Shown here piece after piece: positions 1-7,876 of a stretch of 10,462 nucleotides of DNA. Origin of the DNA: a virus (lineage: Duplodnaviria > Heunggongvirae > Uroviricota > Caudoviricetes). Each line of letters opens with the position of its first letter. The stretch's first letter is position 1. The position numbers and the translations under genes were made by a program. A model generated the notes under the pieces. The model saw only the letters and a program-made list of their open reading frames with translations. It did no database searches and was not told where the DNA came from. Location of the stretch: the IMG/VR virus record IMGVR_UViG_2703718824_000015; one strand, given 5' to 3'.

Positions 1-240
1 TATGCGTGATATTTACCTCGAAACAATAGACCGCGCATTTCTTGCACTTTCTCACAGTGAAAACATGCTGGAAATATTGCGCATATAGCTTGAAACACTT
101 GGCGACAATGAACGCGACAAACAAAAATCAAGAATTGCCACGGCATTAATAACGATTCTTGAGCATGTAATAATGGAACTGCAAGAAATAGATCTATTGC
201 ACGACAGATATAAAGAACAGCACACCGGAGAATAAAAATA

Positions 241-540
241 ATGAAATTTAAATATTCTGGCTTAACTGCCAGTGGCAACACTCACCCTAAATTTACGCGC
301 GGTGATATTTACCGCGACCAGTACGGCGGCACGGTAATGATTAAGGGCGTGGCGGGACGGTGCGTAACTTACCGCCGTGAAGGTTACGAATATGATTGCG
401 TGATGCCTGTTTATCAGTTCCGGCGTGATTTTTCTCTTGTGCAGGCCGTACCGCGTAACGTGCCCACCAGCAGGGAGAAAGCACGCGCCAATATTCAGAA
501 GATGAAAAACATGATTAACGGATTCAGGGGCAAAAAATGA
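241..540 (+). CDS. hypothetical small protein (99 aa), translationally coupled to the downstream primase gene
   Basis: ATG at 241 with GGAG about 10 nt upstream; stop TGA overlaps the ATG of the next gene (ATGA at 537-540); no recognisable motif. Confidence 0.5.
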   Translation: MKFKYSGLTASGNTHPKFTRGDIYRDQYGGTVMIKGVAGRCVTYRREGYEYDCVMPVYQFRRDFSLVQAVPRNVPTSREKARANIQKMKNMINGFRGKK

Positions 541-2291
541 AACTGGCACCGAACGTAAAACAGCAGCCACGCGGCATAAAACACAAAGAAACAGAAGTCA
601 TTATTTTTGCGGGTAGTGATGCCTGGTCACACGCGAAACAATGGCAGGAACATGACGCGCGTATGGCCGGAGATAATGAGCCTCCTGTGTGGCTTGGGGA
701 GCAGCAGTTATCAGAACTGGATAAGCTGCAAATTGTGCCGGAAGGCAGAAAATCCGTGCGCATATTCAGGGCCGGATATCTTGCGCCAGTAATGATAAAG
801 GCGATTGGTCAGAAGCTGGCGGCGGCAGGCGTACAGGATGCAAATTTTTACCCTGATGGTATGCACGGTCAGAAGGTGGAGAACTGGCGCGAATATCTGG
901 CCAGTGAGCGCCAGAATCTTTCTGATGGGCTGGTTATTGAGCTTCCTGTAAAGCAAAAGGCGCAACTTTCGCAGATGGCGGACAGTGAGCGCGCTCAACT
1001 TCTTGCCGGACGATTTGATGGCGTTTGCGTGCATCCTGAAAGTGAAATCGTTCACGTATGGCGCGGCGGGGTATGGTGTCCGGTCAGCACAATGGAACTT
1101 AGCCGCGAAATGGTGGCGATCTATTCAGAGCACAGGGCCACTTTCAGCAAGCGCGTAATCAATAACGCCGTGGAAGCGTTAAAAGTTATTGCCGAACCAA
1201 TGGGCGAGCCGTCCGGCGATTTGCTGCCGTTTGCCAATGGTGCGCTTGACCTGAAAACGGGGGAATTTTCCCCGCACACGCCGGAGAACTGGATCACCAC
1301 GCACAACGGTATTGAGTACACGCCACCAGCACCAGGGGAGAACATCCGCGATAACGCGCCAAACTTTCATAAATGGCTTGAGCACGCAGCCGGAAAAGAC
1401 CCGCGCAAGATGATGCGGATATGTGCCGCGCTGTACATGATTATGGCGAACCGGTACGACTGGCAGATGTTTATTGAGGCCACCGGAGACGGCGGGAGCG
1501 GTAAAAGTACATTCACACACATAGCCAGCCTTCTGGCAGGGAAACAGAACACGGTAAGCGCTGAAATGACATCGCTTGATGATGCTGGTGGACGTGCGCA
1601 GGTTGTCGGGAGTCGCCTTATCGTCCTGGCTGACCAGCCGAAATATACAGGCGAAGGAACGGGCATCAAGAAAATCACGGGCGGTGACCCCGTGGAAATT
1701 AACCCGAAATATGAAAAGCGTTTTACGGCGGTAATCAGGGCGGTGGTGCTGGCGACCAACAACAACCCGATGATATTCACCGAACGGGCCGGAGGTGTGG
1801 CACGTCGTCGCGTGATTTTCCGTTTCGACAATATCGTCAGTGAGGCCGAAAAAGACAGGGAGCTACCGGAAAAGATTGCGGCTGAAATCCCTGTCATTAT
1901 CCGCCGATTGCTGGCGAACTTTACCGACTCTGAGAAAGCACGGGCTTTACTACTGGAACAGCGTGACGGTGATGAAGCTCTGGCAATAAAGCAACAGACG
2001 GATCCGGTTATTGAGTTTTGCCAGTTCCTGAATTTTCTGGAGGAAGCGCGCGGCCTGATGATGGGGGGCGGTGGTGATTCAGTGAAGTACACGACCAGGA
2101 ACAGCCTTTACCGCGTCTATCTGGCGTTTATGGCATACGCAGGCAGGAGCAAACCGCTAAACGTGGCTGAGTTCAGCAAGGCCATGAAGCCAGCGGCGAA
2201 AGTTTACGGGCATGAATATATTACGCGAAAAGTTAAGGGAGTAACGCAGACCAACGCAATTACAACAGACGATTGCGACGCGTTTTTATAA
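537..2291 (+). CDS. P4/PICI-type replication initiator: primase with SF3-helicase-like P-loop NTPase domain
   Basis: 584-aa ORF with Walker A motif GDGGSGKST followed by a hydrophobic stretch ending in D (LIVLAD); overall resemblance to phage/plasmid primase P4-family C-terminal domain proteins; iteron array lies immediately downstream. Confidence 0.85.
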   Translation: MKLAPNVKQQPRGIKHKETEVIIFAGSDAWSHAKQWQEHDARMAGDNEPPVWLGEQQLSELDKLQIVPEGRKSVRIFRAGYLAPVMIKAIGQKLAAAGVQDANFYPDGMHGQKVENWREYLASERQNLSDGLVIELPVKQKAQLSQMADSERAQLLAGRFDGVCVHPESEIVHVWRGGVWCPVSTMELSREMVAIYSEHRATFSKRVINNAVEALKVIAEPMGEPSGDLLPFANGALDLKTGEFSPHTPENWITTHNGIEYTPPAPGENIRDNAPNFHKWLEHAAGKDPRKMMRICAALYMIMANRYDWQMFIEATGDGGSGKSTFTHIASLLAGKQNTVSAEMTSLDDAGGRAQVVGSRLIVLADQPKYTGEGTGIKKITGGDPVEINPKYEKRFTAVIRAVVLATNNNPMIFTERAGGVARRRVIFRFDNIVSEAEKDRELPEKIAAEIPVIIRRLLANFTDSEKARALLLEQRDGDEALAIKQQTDPVIEFCQFLNFLEEARGLMMGGGGDSVKYTTRNSLYRVYLAFMAYAGRSKPLNVAEFSKAMKPAAKVYGHEYITRKVKGVTQTNAITTDDCDAFL

Positions 2292-2304
2292 TTTTTTGTA
2301 AAAG

Positions 2305-2531
2305 CCCTCTACCCCATCTACCTGAATAAAATAAACGCATATTATTCAACATGATAAGTGGGTAGAGGGCCAGGTAGAAGGCTAATAAAAGCTCTCTACC
2401 TCTTCTACCTGATTTTATCAGTTTCAGGTAGCAGGGTAGACGGCAGGTAGAGGAGCCAAAAAAGCTATCTACCCGCTGAAAGCCGCGCCATTACTGACAT
2501 GATGAGCATTCGGGTAGATGGGTAGAGGGGG
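2305..2531. repeat. iteron array / putative replication origin (about 12 copies of a GGTAGA(G)-type heptamer, mostly in tandem pairs, in both orientations)
   Basis: Direct reading: CTCTACC 2307-2313, ATCTACC 2316-2322, GGTAGAG 2361-2367, GGTAGAA 2373-2379, CTCTACC 2394-2400, TTCTACC 2403-2409, GGTAGCA 2427-2433, GGTAGAC 2435-2441, GGTAGAG 2446-2452, ATCTACC 2467-2473, GGTAGAT 2513-2519, GGTAGAG 2521-2527; AT-rich spacers; position directly 3' of the initiator gene. Confidence 0.6.
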
Positions 2532-2576
2532 GGAGGCACAACTCAAAACTTTTTAAACGAGGGGGTAAAAATAAAT

Positions 2577-2855
2577 ATGCACACTTCAGGGAAATTTAAT
2601 AAATCACTCAAAAAACACAGAGACAGAACAGAACCGAAATATCGCGCGTTAGACATGACAGAGCACGCTTTAAAGGTGGCAATTAGAACGATAGACCGCC
2701 ACGCGGGGGAAGGATACGCGAAGGAACATCCCGACCTGATAAGCGCATTCATGACCACAGCAGCGGCAAACTTTGCCACGCTAACAGAACGGGAGATTGC
2801 CGAAGCGGAACAGGTGACAACCATCAACGTTAAAACCGGAGAGGTGGAATTATGA
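2577..2855 (+). CDS. hypothetical protein (92 aa), first gene of a small operon with the SSB-like gene
   Basis: ATG at 2577 with GAGGGGG about 10 nt upstream; stop overlaps the next ATG (ATGA at 2852-2855); no recognisable motif. Confidence 0.5.
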   Translation: MHTSGKFNKSLKKHRDRTEPKYRALDMTEHALKVAIRTIDRHAGEGYAKEHPDLISAFMTTAAANFATLTEREIAEAEQVTTINVKTGEVEL

Positions 2856-3262
2856 CGGCACAGATAGCCGCTTACGGGCGGCTGGTGGACGACCCGCAGG
2901 TAAAACAGACCAGCAAGGGCACACCGATGACGCTGGCGCGTATGGCGGTATCTTTGCCATGCAGCCAGGCACAGGACGGACAGGCGACGTTATGGTTATC
3001 GGTTATCGCATTTGGCAAACAGGCCGATTTCCTGGCTAAACATCAAAAAGGCGATGTTGCCAGCGTATCCGGCACGATGCAGGTAAGCCAGTGGACCGGA
3101 CAGAACGGGGAAACGCGGCGGGGGTATCAGGTTATTGCAGACAGCGTAATCAGTGCCCGCGCGGCACGTCCAGGCGGGAACAGACGCAAAACCACAGGCA
3201 CACAGGGTAATCAGCCACCAGCGGGAGGCGATGACCCTTACGGTGACGGTATTCCGTTCTGA
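2852..3262 (+). CDS. ssb: single-stranded DNA-binding protein-like (OB fold with acidic C-terminal tail)
   Basis: 136 aa; conserved SSB-like core pattern (GRLVDDP...W..V.AFGK.A......KGD...V.G......W....G..R) followed by a Gly/Pro/Gln-rich linker and a C-terminal DDPYGDGIPF tail resembling the canonical SSB DDDIPF tip; GGAGAGG RBS upstream. Confidence 0.65.
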   Translation: MTAQIAAYGRLVDDPQVKQTSKGTPMTLARMAVSLPCSQAQDGQATLWLSVIAFGKQADFLAKHQKGDVASVSGTMQVSQWTGQNGETRRGYQVIADSVISARAARPGGNRRKTTGTQGNQPPAGGDDPYGDGIPF

Positions 3263-3272
3263 GGGGGTGACG

Positions 3273-3521
3273 ATGGTACATGACCGCATAGCGGAGGAAC
3301 TCGAGGCAAAAGGCTTTTACCGGAGGGCGTCGGCGCGATGGGGTGAAGTCATGCAACTGGTGGAGACAGACAAGGAACGGCATCAGGTTACGATGCGACG
3401 GCTGGAATGTTCCAGGAAGGCACAGAGGCCACCGGAGCCGCCAACGGAGAACTACGCAGACCTGAGAAATGCAGTAAATCGCACTTACGCAGACATGGGG
3501 CTGAGCAAATTAGCAGAGTAG
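3273..3521 (+). CDS. PerC-family transcriptional activator homologue
   Basis: 82-aa product MVHDRIAEELEAKGFYRRASARWGEVMQLVETDKERH... matches the PerC/Pch signature (E.LE.KG.[WY]RRAA.RW..V.....E.ER); start chosen at ATG 3273 (GAGGGGG 6 nt upstream) rather than the ORF-track start 3153, which would overlap the SSB gene. Confidence 0.65.
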   Translation: MVHDRIAEELEAKGFYRRASARWGEVMQLVETDKERHQVTMRRLECSRKAQRPPEPPTENYADLRNAVNRTYADMGLSKLAE

Positions 3522-3543
3522 GAATATCAGAACCACACCATAC

Positions 3544-3566
3544 AGCCGGAGCAATCCGGCTTTTTG
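3544..3566 (+). terminator. rho-independent terminator after the PerC-like gene
   Basis: Stem AGCCGGA / TCCGGCT with GCAA loop, followed by a TTTTT run extended by further T-tracts. Confidence 0.5.
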
Positions 3567-3825
3567 TTATTTTTTGTAAATTATTTGTTCGTGGTTGTTC
3601 CACGTTGTTCACTGAGCGGATCGGCATATTTTACCCGAACTGAATCATGATTATTCTCGCCCGTGGTGCCAGGACGCTGGGGCCACTTTCCCGCCTGTTA
3701 ATGTGCTCGCCAATATTCATTACCAGGCGGGAAAACGATCGGTGCGATTGCTGATTTCCTTATGAAAAACGGTTGAGTGTTTGCCGCGTCCTGGAGTTCC
3801 TTACTTAACCCCAGGACTTTTTTTT
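3567..3825 (+). promoter_or_regulatory. structured intergenic region upstream of the head operon (phased T-tract/TTGTTC repeats, 11-bp inverted repeat, hairpin plus T8); probable late promoter/control region
   Basis: TTGTTA 3564, TTGTAA 3575, TTGTTC 3585, 3595, 3605 at about 10-bp phasing; perfect inverted repeat TTTCCCGCCTG 3687-3697 / CAGGCGGGAAA 3724-3734; GTCCTGG 3788-3794 / CCAGGAC 3811-3817 followed by T8 abutting the capsid ATG. Confidence 0.3.
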
Positions 3826-4983
3826 ATGCCGAGAATAATCGAATTACGCCAGCAGAAAACCGCCATTAAAAATCAGATGCGCGACATGCTGGAGAACGCT
3901 GAAAAAGAAAACCGCAGTCTTAACGATGCTGAGGGCGCAAAATTTGACGAATTACGCGCTAAAGCTGAATCCCTCGATAAAGACATTTCCCGCCTTGAAG
4001 CCATTGCAGACGAAGAGCGCAGCAAGCCAGGTAAAAGCAGTCAGACCACTGACCCCGCAGAACTACGAAACTACATTCTGACGGGTGAAACCCGCGCATT
4101 AAGTACAGGCGTTCCCGCTGATGGTGGTTATACCGTTATCCCCGAACTGAACACCGAAATCATGCGAATGCTGACGGATGAATCCACCATGCGCCGCATC
4201 TGTACCGTGAAGAAAATCAGCAGCAACGAGTTTAAGCAGCTTGTTTCCGCTGGCGGTGCGACCGTTAACCACGGTGAAGAGGGTAAGGCACGCGAACAGA
4301 CCAGCACCCCGCAGATTAACGAGGTGAGCATTAAGCTGTATCCGGTCTATGCGTACCCGCGCACCACACAGGAAATCGTGGATTTTTCCGATGTGGACAT
4401 CCTTTCATGGCTGACGGGTGAGATTGGCGACACCTTCACGGAAACCGAAGAAAGCGATCTGGTTGTGGGCGACGGTGACAAAAAAGCAAAAGGTTTTTTA
4501 TCCGTACCCCGTGCAGAGAAGAACGACAAAGAGCGTGATTTTGGTACGTTGCAGGTAATTAAACCTTCCGAATCTCTGGCGTGGACATCTGCGGACCCGT
4601 TGATCGACCTGAAATTTGCATTACGTAAAAAATACCGCAAAAACGCGGTCTGGGTGGTTAACTCCACGACGGCGGCAAAACTTCAGAAGGTGAAGAACGC
4701 GAACGGTGATTACATCTGGCGCGACCGTTTACAGGCGGGTGATCCTGATACGTTGCTGGGCCTTCCGGTCGAATATCTGGAGTTTATGCCTGATAACGTT
4801 ATTGCCCTGGGTGACTTCAAACGCGGTTACTACATTGTTGATCACGAAACAGGTGTTCGCACCAGACCGGACAACCTCACAGAGCCGGGCTTCATCAAAA
4901 TTTTCACGCAGAAATATTTAGGCGGTGGCGTGGTGGATTCGAACGCGATCAAGATTCTGGAACTGCCACAGGACGACGATTAA
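3826..4983 (+). CDS. major capsid protein, HK97 family, with N-terminal coiled-coil (delta/scaffold-like) domain
   Basis: 385-aa product; charged N-terminal region predicted coiled-coil (ELRQQKTAIKNQMRDMLENAEKENRSL...), then HK97-type capsid body with C-terminal GDPDTLLGLPV and GDFKRGYYIVD motifs; start set at first ATG (3826), the ORF track extends to TTG 3781; no obvious SD. Confidence 0.85.
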   Translation: MPRIIELRQQKTAIKNQMRDMLENAEKENRSLNDAEGAKFDELRAKAESLDKDISRLEAIADEERSKPGKSSQTTDPAELRNYILTGETRALSTGVPADGGYTVIPELNTEIMRMLTDESTMRRICTVKKISSNEFKQLVSAGGATVNHGEEGKAREQTSTPQINEVSIKLYPVYAYPRTTQEIVDFSDVDILSWLTGEIGDTFTETEESDLVVGDGDKKAKGFLSVPRAEKNDKERDFGTLQVIKPSESLAWTSADPLIDLKFALRKKYRKNAVWVVNSTTAAKLQKVKNANGDYIWRDRLQAGDPDTLLGLPVEYLEFMPDNVIALGDFKRGYYIVDHETGVRTRPDNLTEPGFIKIFTQKYLGGGVVDSNAIKILELPQDDD

Positions 4984-4994
4984 CAGCATACAGA

Positions 4995-5022
4995 AGGGGC
5001 TTAAAAGCCCCTTTAGTGTTTT
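4995..5022 (+). terminator. putative intrinsic terminator/attenuator after the capsid gene
   Basis: Stem AGGGGCT / AGCCCCT with TAAA loop followed by TTTAGTGTTTT. Confidence 0.4.
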
Positions 5023-5037
5023 ATGGGTGAAAAAATT

Positions 5038-5595
5038 ATGAAGAGTATGGAAATCCGGTCATCGGAAATCACCACCAGCGGAGCCGGTACGCTGACGGGC
5101 TACGTTGTTCGCTGGGATAAGCTTTCAGAACTGTTATGGGGTGAGTTTTACGAAAAATTCCAGCGGGGAGCGTTTACTGAATGGCTTGCAGCGGGTAATG
5201 ACGTTCGCGGCCTGTATGAGCATGACCACAGTATGTTACTGGGGCGTACCCGTTCCGGCACGCTGAAACTGGAAGAGGACGAAACAGGGTTACGCTTTGA
5301 ACTGACCCCACCGGATACCAGCACAGGGCGGGACGTTATCGAACTGGTTAAACGTGGTGATATATCCGGCATGAGCTTTGGCTTTCGTTCCCGTAAGGAT
5401 GTATGGGATACCACAACAGATCCATGCGTGCGCACCGTGCTGGTGGCGGAACTGTACGAAATTACCGTTACATCCGTTCCGGCTTACCCTGATTCCGGCG
5501 TGGAGCTGGCCCGCCGTTCCCTGTATGAGCAGCACCCCGAAAAAATGCCGCGTGCGGATAATCGCCGCTGGTGGGTGGATTTAGCGGGGGTGTGA
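5038..5595 (+). CDS. prohead maturation protease, HK97 family
   Basis: Resembles HK97 prohead protease (Peptidase S78/U35): N-terminal G.L.GY.V.W...........E.F..GAF pattern and conserved central region; start ambiguous (ATG at 5023, 5038 or 5047), 5038 chosen for GGGTGA spacing. Confidence 0.8.
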   Translation: MKSMEIRSSEITTSGAGTLTGYVVRWDKLSELLWGEFYEKFQRGAFTEWLAAGNDVRGLYEHDHSMLLGRTRSGTLKLEEDETGLRFELTPPDTSTGRDVIELVKRGDISGMSFGFRSRKDVWDTTTDPCVRTVLVAELYEITVTSVPAYPDSGVELARRSLYEQHPEKMPRADNRRWWVDLAGV

Positions 5596-5596
5596 T

Positions 5597-6808
5597 ATGT
5601 GGCCTTTCAGAAGAAAAAAAGAGCAGCGCAGCATGACGCTTGATGAATTTATGGCGCTGGCTGGCACATCGAACACGGGGGCGGGTGAGTACGTATCATC
5701 GGGGACAGCGGAATCACTGCCCGCCGTCATGAACGCCGTCACGGTCATCTCTGAGGCGGTGGCTACCATGCCGTGTTACCTGTACCTGGTACGCAATGAG
5801 AAGGGGAAGGAGGCCCGCGAGTGGCTTGATTCTCATCCGGTCGATCACATCCTCAACGAGCGCCCGAACGCATGGCAAACCCCCTACCAGTTTAAGCGAA
5901 TGATGATCCGCCACTGCCTGTTAAACGGTAATGCTTATGCGGTGATTCAGTGGGGGCGTGATGGTTTTCCGGCGGCTTTACATCCTTACCCGCCGCAGTC
6001 GGTGAACGTGGAGCAGACAGGCGAACACAACTGGCGCTACTGCATCACTGACGCCTACACCGGAAACACCCGCAACTATTTACCGTGGGAAGTACTTCAC
6101 CTTCGTTACTCCACGGATGACGGCTTTATGGGGCGCTCACCTGTAACCATCTGCCGCGAATCGCTGGGGCTTGGGCTGGCCCAACAACGCCACGGCGCGA
6201 GCGTGATGCGTGATGGCATGATGGCGGCAGGGGTTATCACGTCAGGCGAATGGCTGGACGGCGTGAAGGGCAAACAGGCATTAGCCGCACTGGAACGCTA
6301 CAAAGGGGCCAGAAACGCCGGAAAAACGCCCATCCTTGAAGGGGGGATGAGCTATCAGCAGCTGGGCATGAGTAATCAGGATGCTGAATGGCTGGCCTCC
6401 CGTCGCTTCACCATTGAAGACATCGCCCGAATGTTCAACGTCTCGCCGATTTTTTTGCAGGAATACAGCAACAGCACCTACAGCAATTTCAGCGAGGCAA
6501 GCCGCGCATTTCTCACCATGACGATGCGCCCGTGGCTGGCGAACTTTGAGCAGCAGATAAAAAACGCCCTGCTGGTGGCCTCGCCTGTACCTGGTATCCG
6601 GTATCAGGTGGAGTTTGACAGCGCGGACCTGTTACGGGCCACACCTGGCGAACGCTTTGCCACCTATGAGCGCGGCATCAAATCCGGCGTAATGTGTCCG
6701 AACGAAGCCCGCGAACGTGAAGGACTGTCACCGCGTGATGGTGGTGATGAGTTCAGCCAGGCATGGAAACAGGAAGTAAAAATCAGCGAGGGAGAAAAAC
6801 CGGAATGA
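5597..6808 (+). CDS. portal protein, HK97 family
   Basis: 403-aa product with typical portal N-terminal region (SGE.V....A..L.AV..AV..ISE.VA..P) and overall HK97-portal-like length and composition; GGGGG RBS upstream; stop overlaps next gene start. Confidence 0.85.
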   Translation: MWPFRRKKEQRSMTLDEFMALAGTSNTGAGEYVSSGTAESLPAVMNAVTVISEAVATMPCYLYLVRNEKGKEAREWLDSHPVDHILNERPNAWQTPYQFKRMMIRHCLLNGNAYAVIQWGRDGFPAALHPYPPQSVNVEQTGEHNWRYCITDAYTGNTRNYLPWEVLHLRYSTDDGFMGRSPVTICRESLGLGLAQQRHGASVMRDGMMAAGVITSGEWLDGVKGKQALAALERYKGARNAGKTPILEGGMSYQQLGMSNQDAEWLASRRFTIEDIARMFNVSPIFLQEYSNSTYSNFSEASRAFLTMTMRPWLANFEQQIKNALLVASPVPGIRYQVEFDSADLLRATPGERFATYERGIKSGVMCPNEAREREGLSPRDGGDEFSQAWKQEVKISEGEKPE

Positions 6809-7143
6809 ACATAGGGCGATTGCGTGACAGGATAACGATTCAGACCCTGAAACAGACCAGGGATATAACCGGCGAAATACTCGAAACGTGGGAGGACGGT
6901 CACACACTCTGGGCAAGCGTGAACATGGTCAGCAGCAAGGAGGCCATTTCATCGGGTGCAGAGCTGGCGATTGGTACCGTAAGGATCTGGATACGGTACC
7001 GGAAGGACATCAACGCCACCAGCCGGATAAAGGTCAGTACGGGGCCGCTGGCGGGGCGTGTACTGAATATCATCGGGCAGCCGCTGCCGGATGCCGCCAG
7101 GACACGCCTTGAAATTCTTTGTCGTGAGGGCGCGGAAAAATGA
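6805..7143 (+). CDS. head closure / head-tail adaptor protein (SPP1 gp16-like)
   Basis: 112 aa starting MNIGRLRDRITIQ, a typical N-terminus for this family; ATGA overlap with the portal stop and with the next gene. Confidence 0.7.
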   Translation: MNIGRLRDRITIQTLKQTRDITGEILETWEDGHTLWASVNMVSSKEAISSGAELAIGTVRIWIRYRKDINATSRIKVSTGPLAGRVLNIIGQPLPDAARTRLEILCREGAEK

Positions 7144-7436
7144 CAGAAGAACTTATCACCCTGGAAGAAGTGAAACTCCATTGCCGCATCGATGGCGACG
7201 AGGAAGACCAGTTAATCAGCGGATACATTGCCGCATCGCTTGAGGCGTGCCAGATACACATAGGCAGGCGCTTTGATGACGGGCTGGAGTTCACGCCAGC
7301 CATAAAGATTGGCTGCATGATGTTTATCGCTCACCTGTATGAGAATCGCCAGATTGTCGCGGATAACGCAAAAACACGCGTACCCATGACGATTGGCGCA
7401 CTCTGGACGGCTTACCGTGATGTGGGGGTGTACTGA
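7140..7436 (+). CDS. gp6-like head-tail connector protein
   Basis: 98 aa; N-terminus ITLEEVKLHCRIDGDEEDQLISGYIAAS is the characteristic gp6-like motif; translationally coupled on both sides. Confidence 0.65.
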   Translation: MTEELITLEEVKLHCRIDGDEEDQLISGYIAASLEACQIHIGRRFDDGLEFTPAIKIGCMMFIAHLYENRQIVADNAKTRVPMTIGALWTAYRDVGVY

Positions 7437-7876
7437 TGCCGTGGCAACCATTAAGACGATGCACAGAACCAGGCTGTAACAGGCGCGTTAAATCCGGCAA
7501 GTGTGAAGAGCACAGGCGGGCGGCATGGCGTGCAGAGGATGCCAGACGAGGACACCGCCGCGCGCGTGGATATTCCAGACAGTGGGACAAATACCGCGCC
7601 ATGTATCTGAGTAAAAACCCGTTATGCGTGCGATGCCTTGAGAAGGGGATATATACGCCCGCCGTGGTGGTGGATCACATTATCCCGATTAATGGCGGTG
7701 ATGATGTTCTCTTCTGGCCCGAATGGAACCATCAACCATTGTGTCAGGCGTGTCATAACCAGAAAACGAAATGGCTTGATCCGGCAACAAAAAGCAAGCG
7801 TGCCGCAGGTGGATTTCGTGAAGAGGAAGAACGGGCCGCTAACCGCAATAACTGGATGTATGACGCTGATGAATGA
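7436..7876 (+). CDS. HNH endonuclease (terminase-associated, HK97 gp74-like)
   Basis: 146 aa; Cys pairs (C..C, C..C) and the HNH core DHIIPINGG...N.QPLC..CHN.KT; located immediately upstream of the terminase small-subunit gene. Confidence 0.8.
   Translation: MPWQPLRRCTEPGCNRRVKSGKCEEHRRAAWRAEDARRGHRRARGYSRQWDKYRAMYLSKNPLCVRCLEKGIYTPAVVVDHIIPINGGDDVLFWPEWNHQPLCQACHNQKTKWLDPATKSKRAAGGFREEEERAANRNNWMYDADE

Noticed and set aside
2-235. Continuous reading frame at the window start interrupted by a single in-frame TAG (86-88)
   Set aside because: Considered as a pseudogene or amber read-through, but the segment is short and AT-rich, and is more simply the 3' tail of a gene starting outside the window plus promoter-like noncoding DNA; it cannot be supported from this window.
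1367-2092. 241-aa ORF on the minus strand
   Set aside because: Lies entirely inside the primase/helicase gene on the opposite strand; has no RBS and its composition is typical of a shadow ORF.
2305-2531. Possible CRISPR array, given the multiple short repeats
   Set aside because: The repeats are only about 7 bp, occur in both orientations with irregular short spacers, and no cas genes are present; this fits iterons, not CRISPR.
3153-3272. N-terminal extension of the PerC-like ORF as given in the ORF track
   Set aside because: It would overlap the SSB-like gene by more than 100 nt; the PerC-family homology begins at the internal ATG 3273, which has a G-rich RBS.
3388-3643. 79-aa minus-strand and 78-aa plus-strand ORFs
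   Set aside because: They overlap the PerC-like gene and the terminator region; no RBS or recognisable features, so probably spurious.
3781-3825. Upstream TTG start for the capsid gene
   Set aside because: The extension would be translated through the hairpin and T8 tract and adds a non-conserved-looking Pro/Gly-rich peptide; ATG 3826 is preferred, though the true start remains uncertain.
5148-5584. Several 60-95-aa ORFs on both strands within the protease gene
   Set aside because: All overlap the well-supported prohead protease ORF; they are typical alternative-frame artefacts.
6888-7181. Overlapping 74-aa (+) and 93-aa (-) ORFs
   Set aside because: Embedded in the head-closure gene in alternative frames or on the opposite strand; no independent support.
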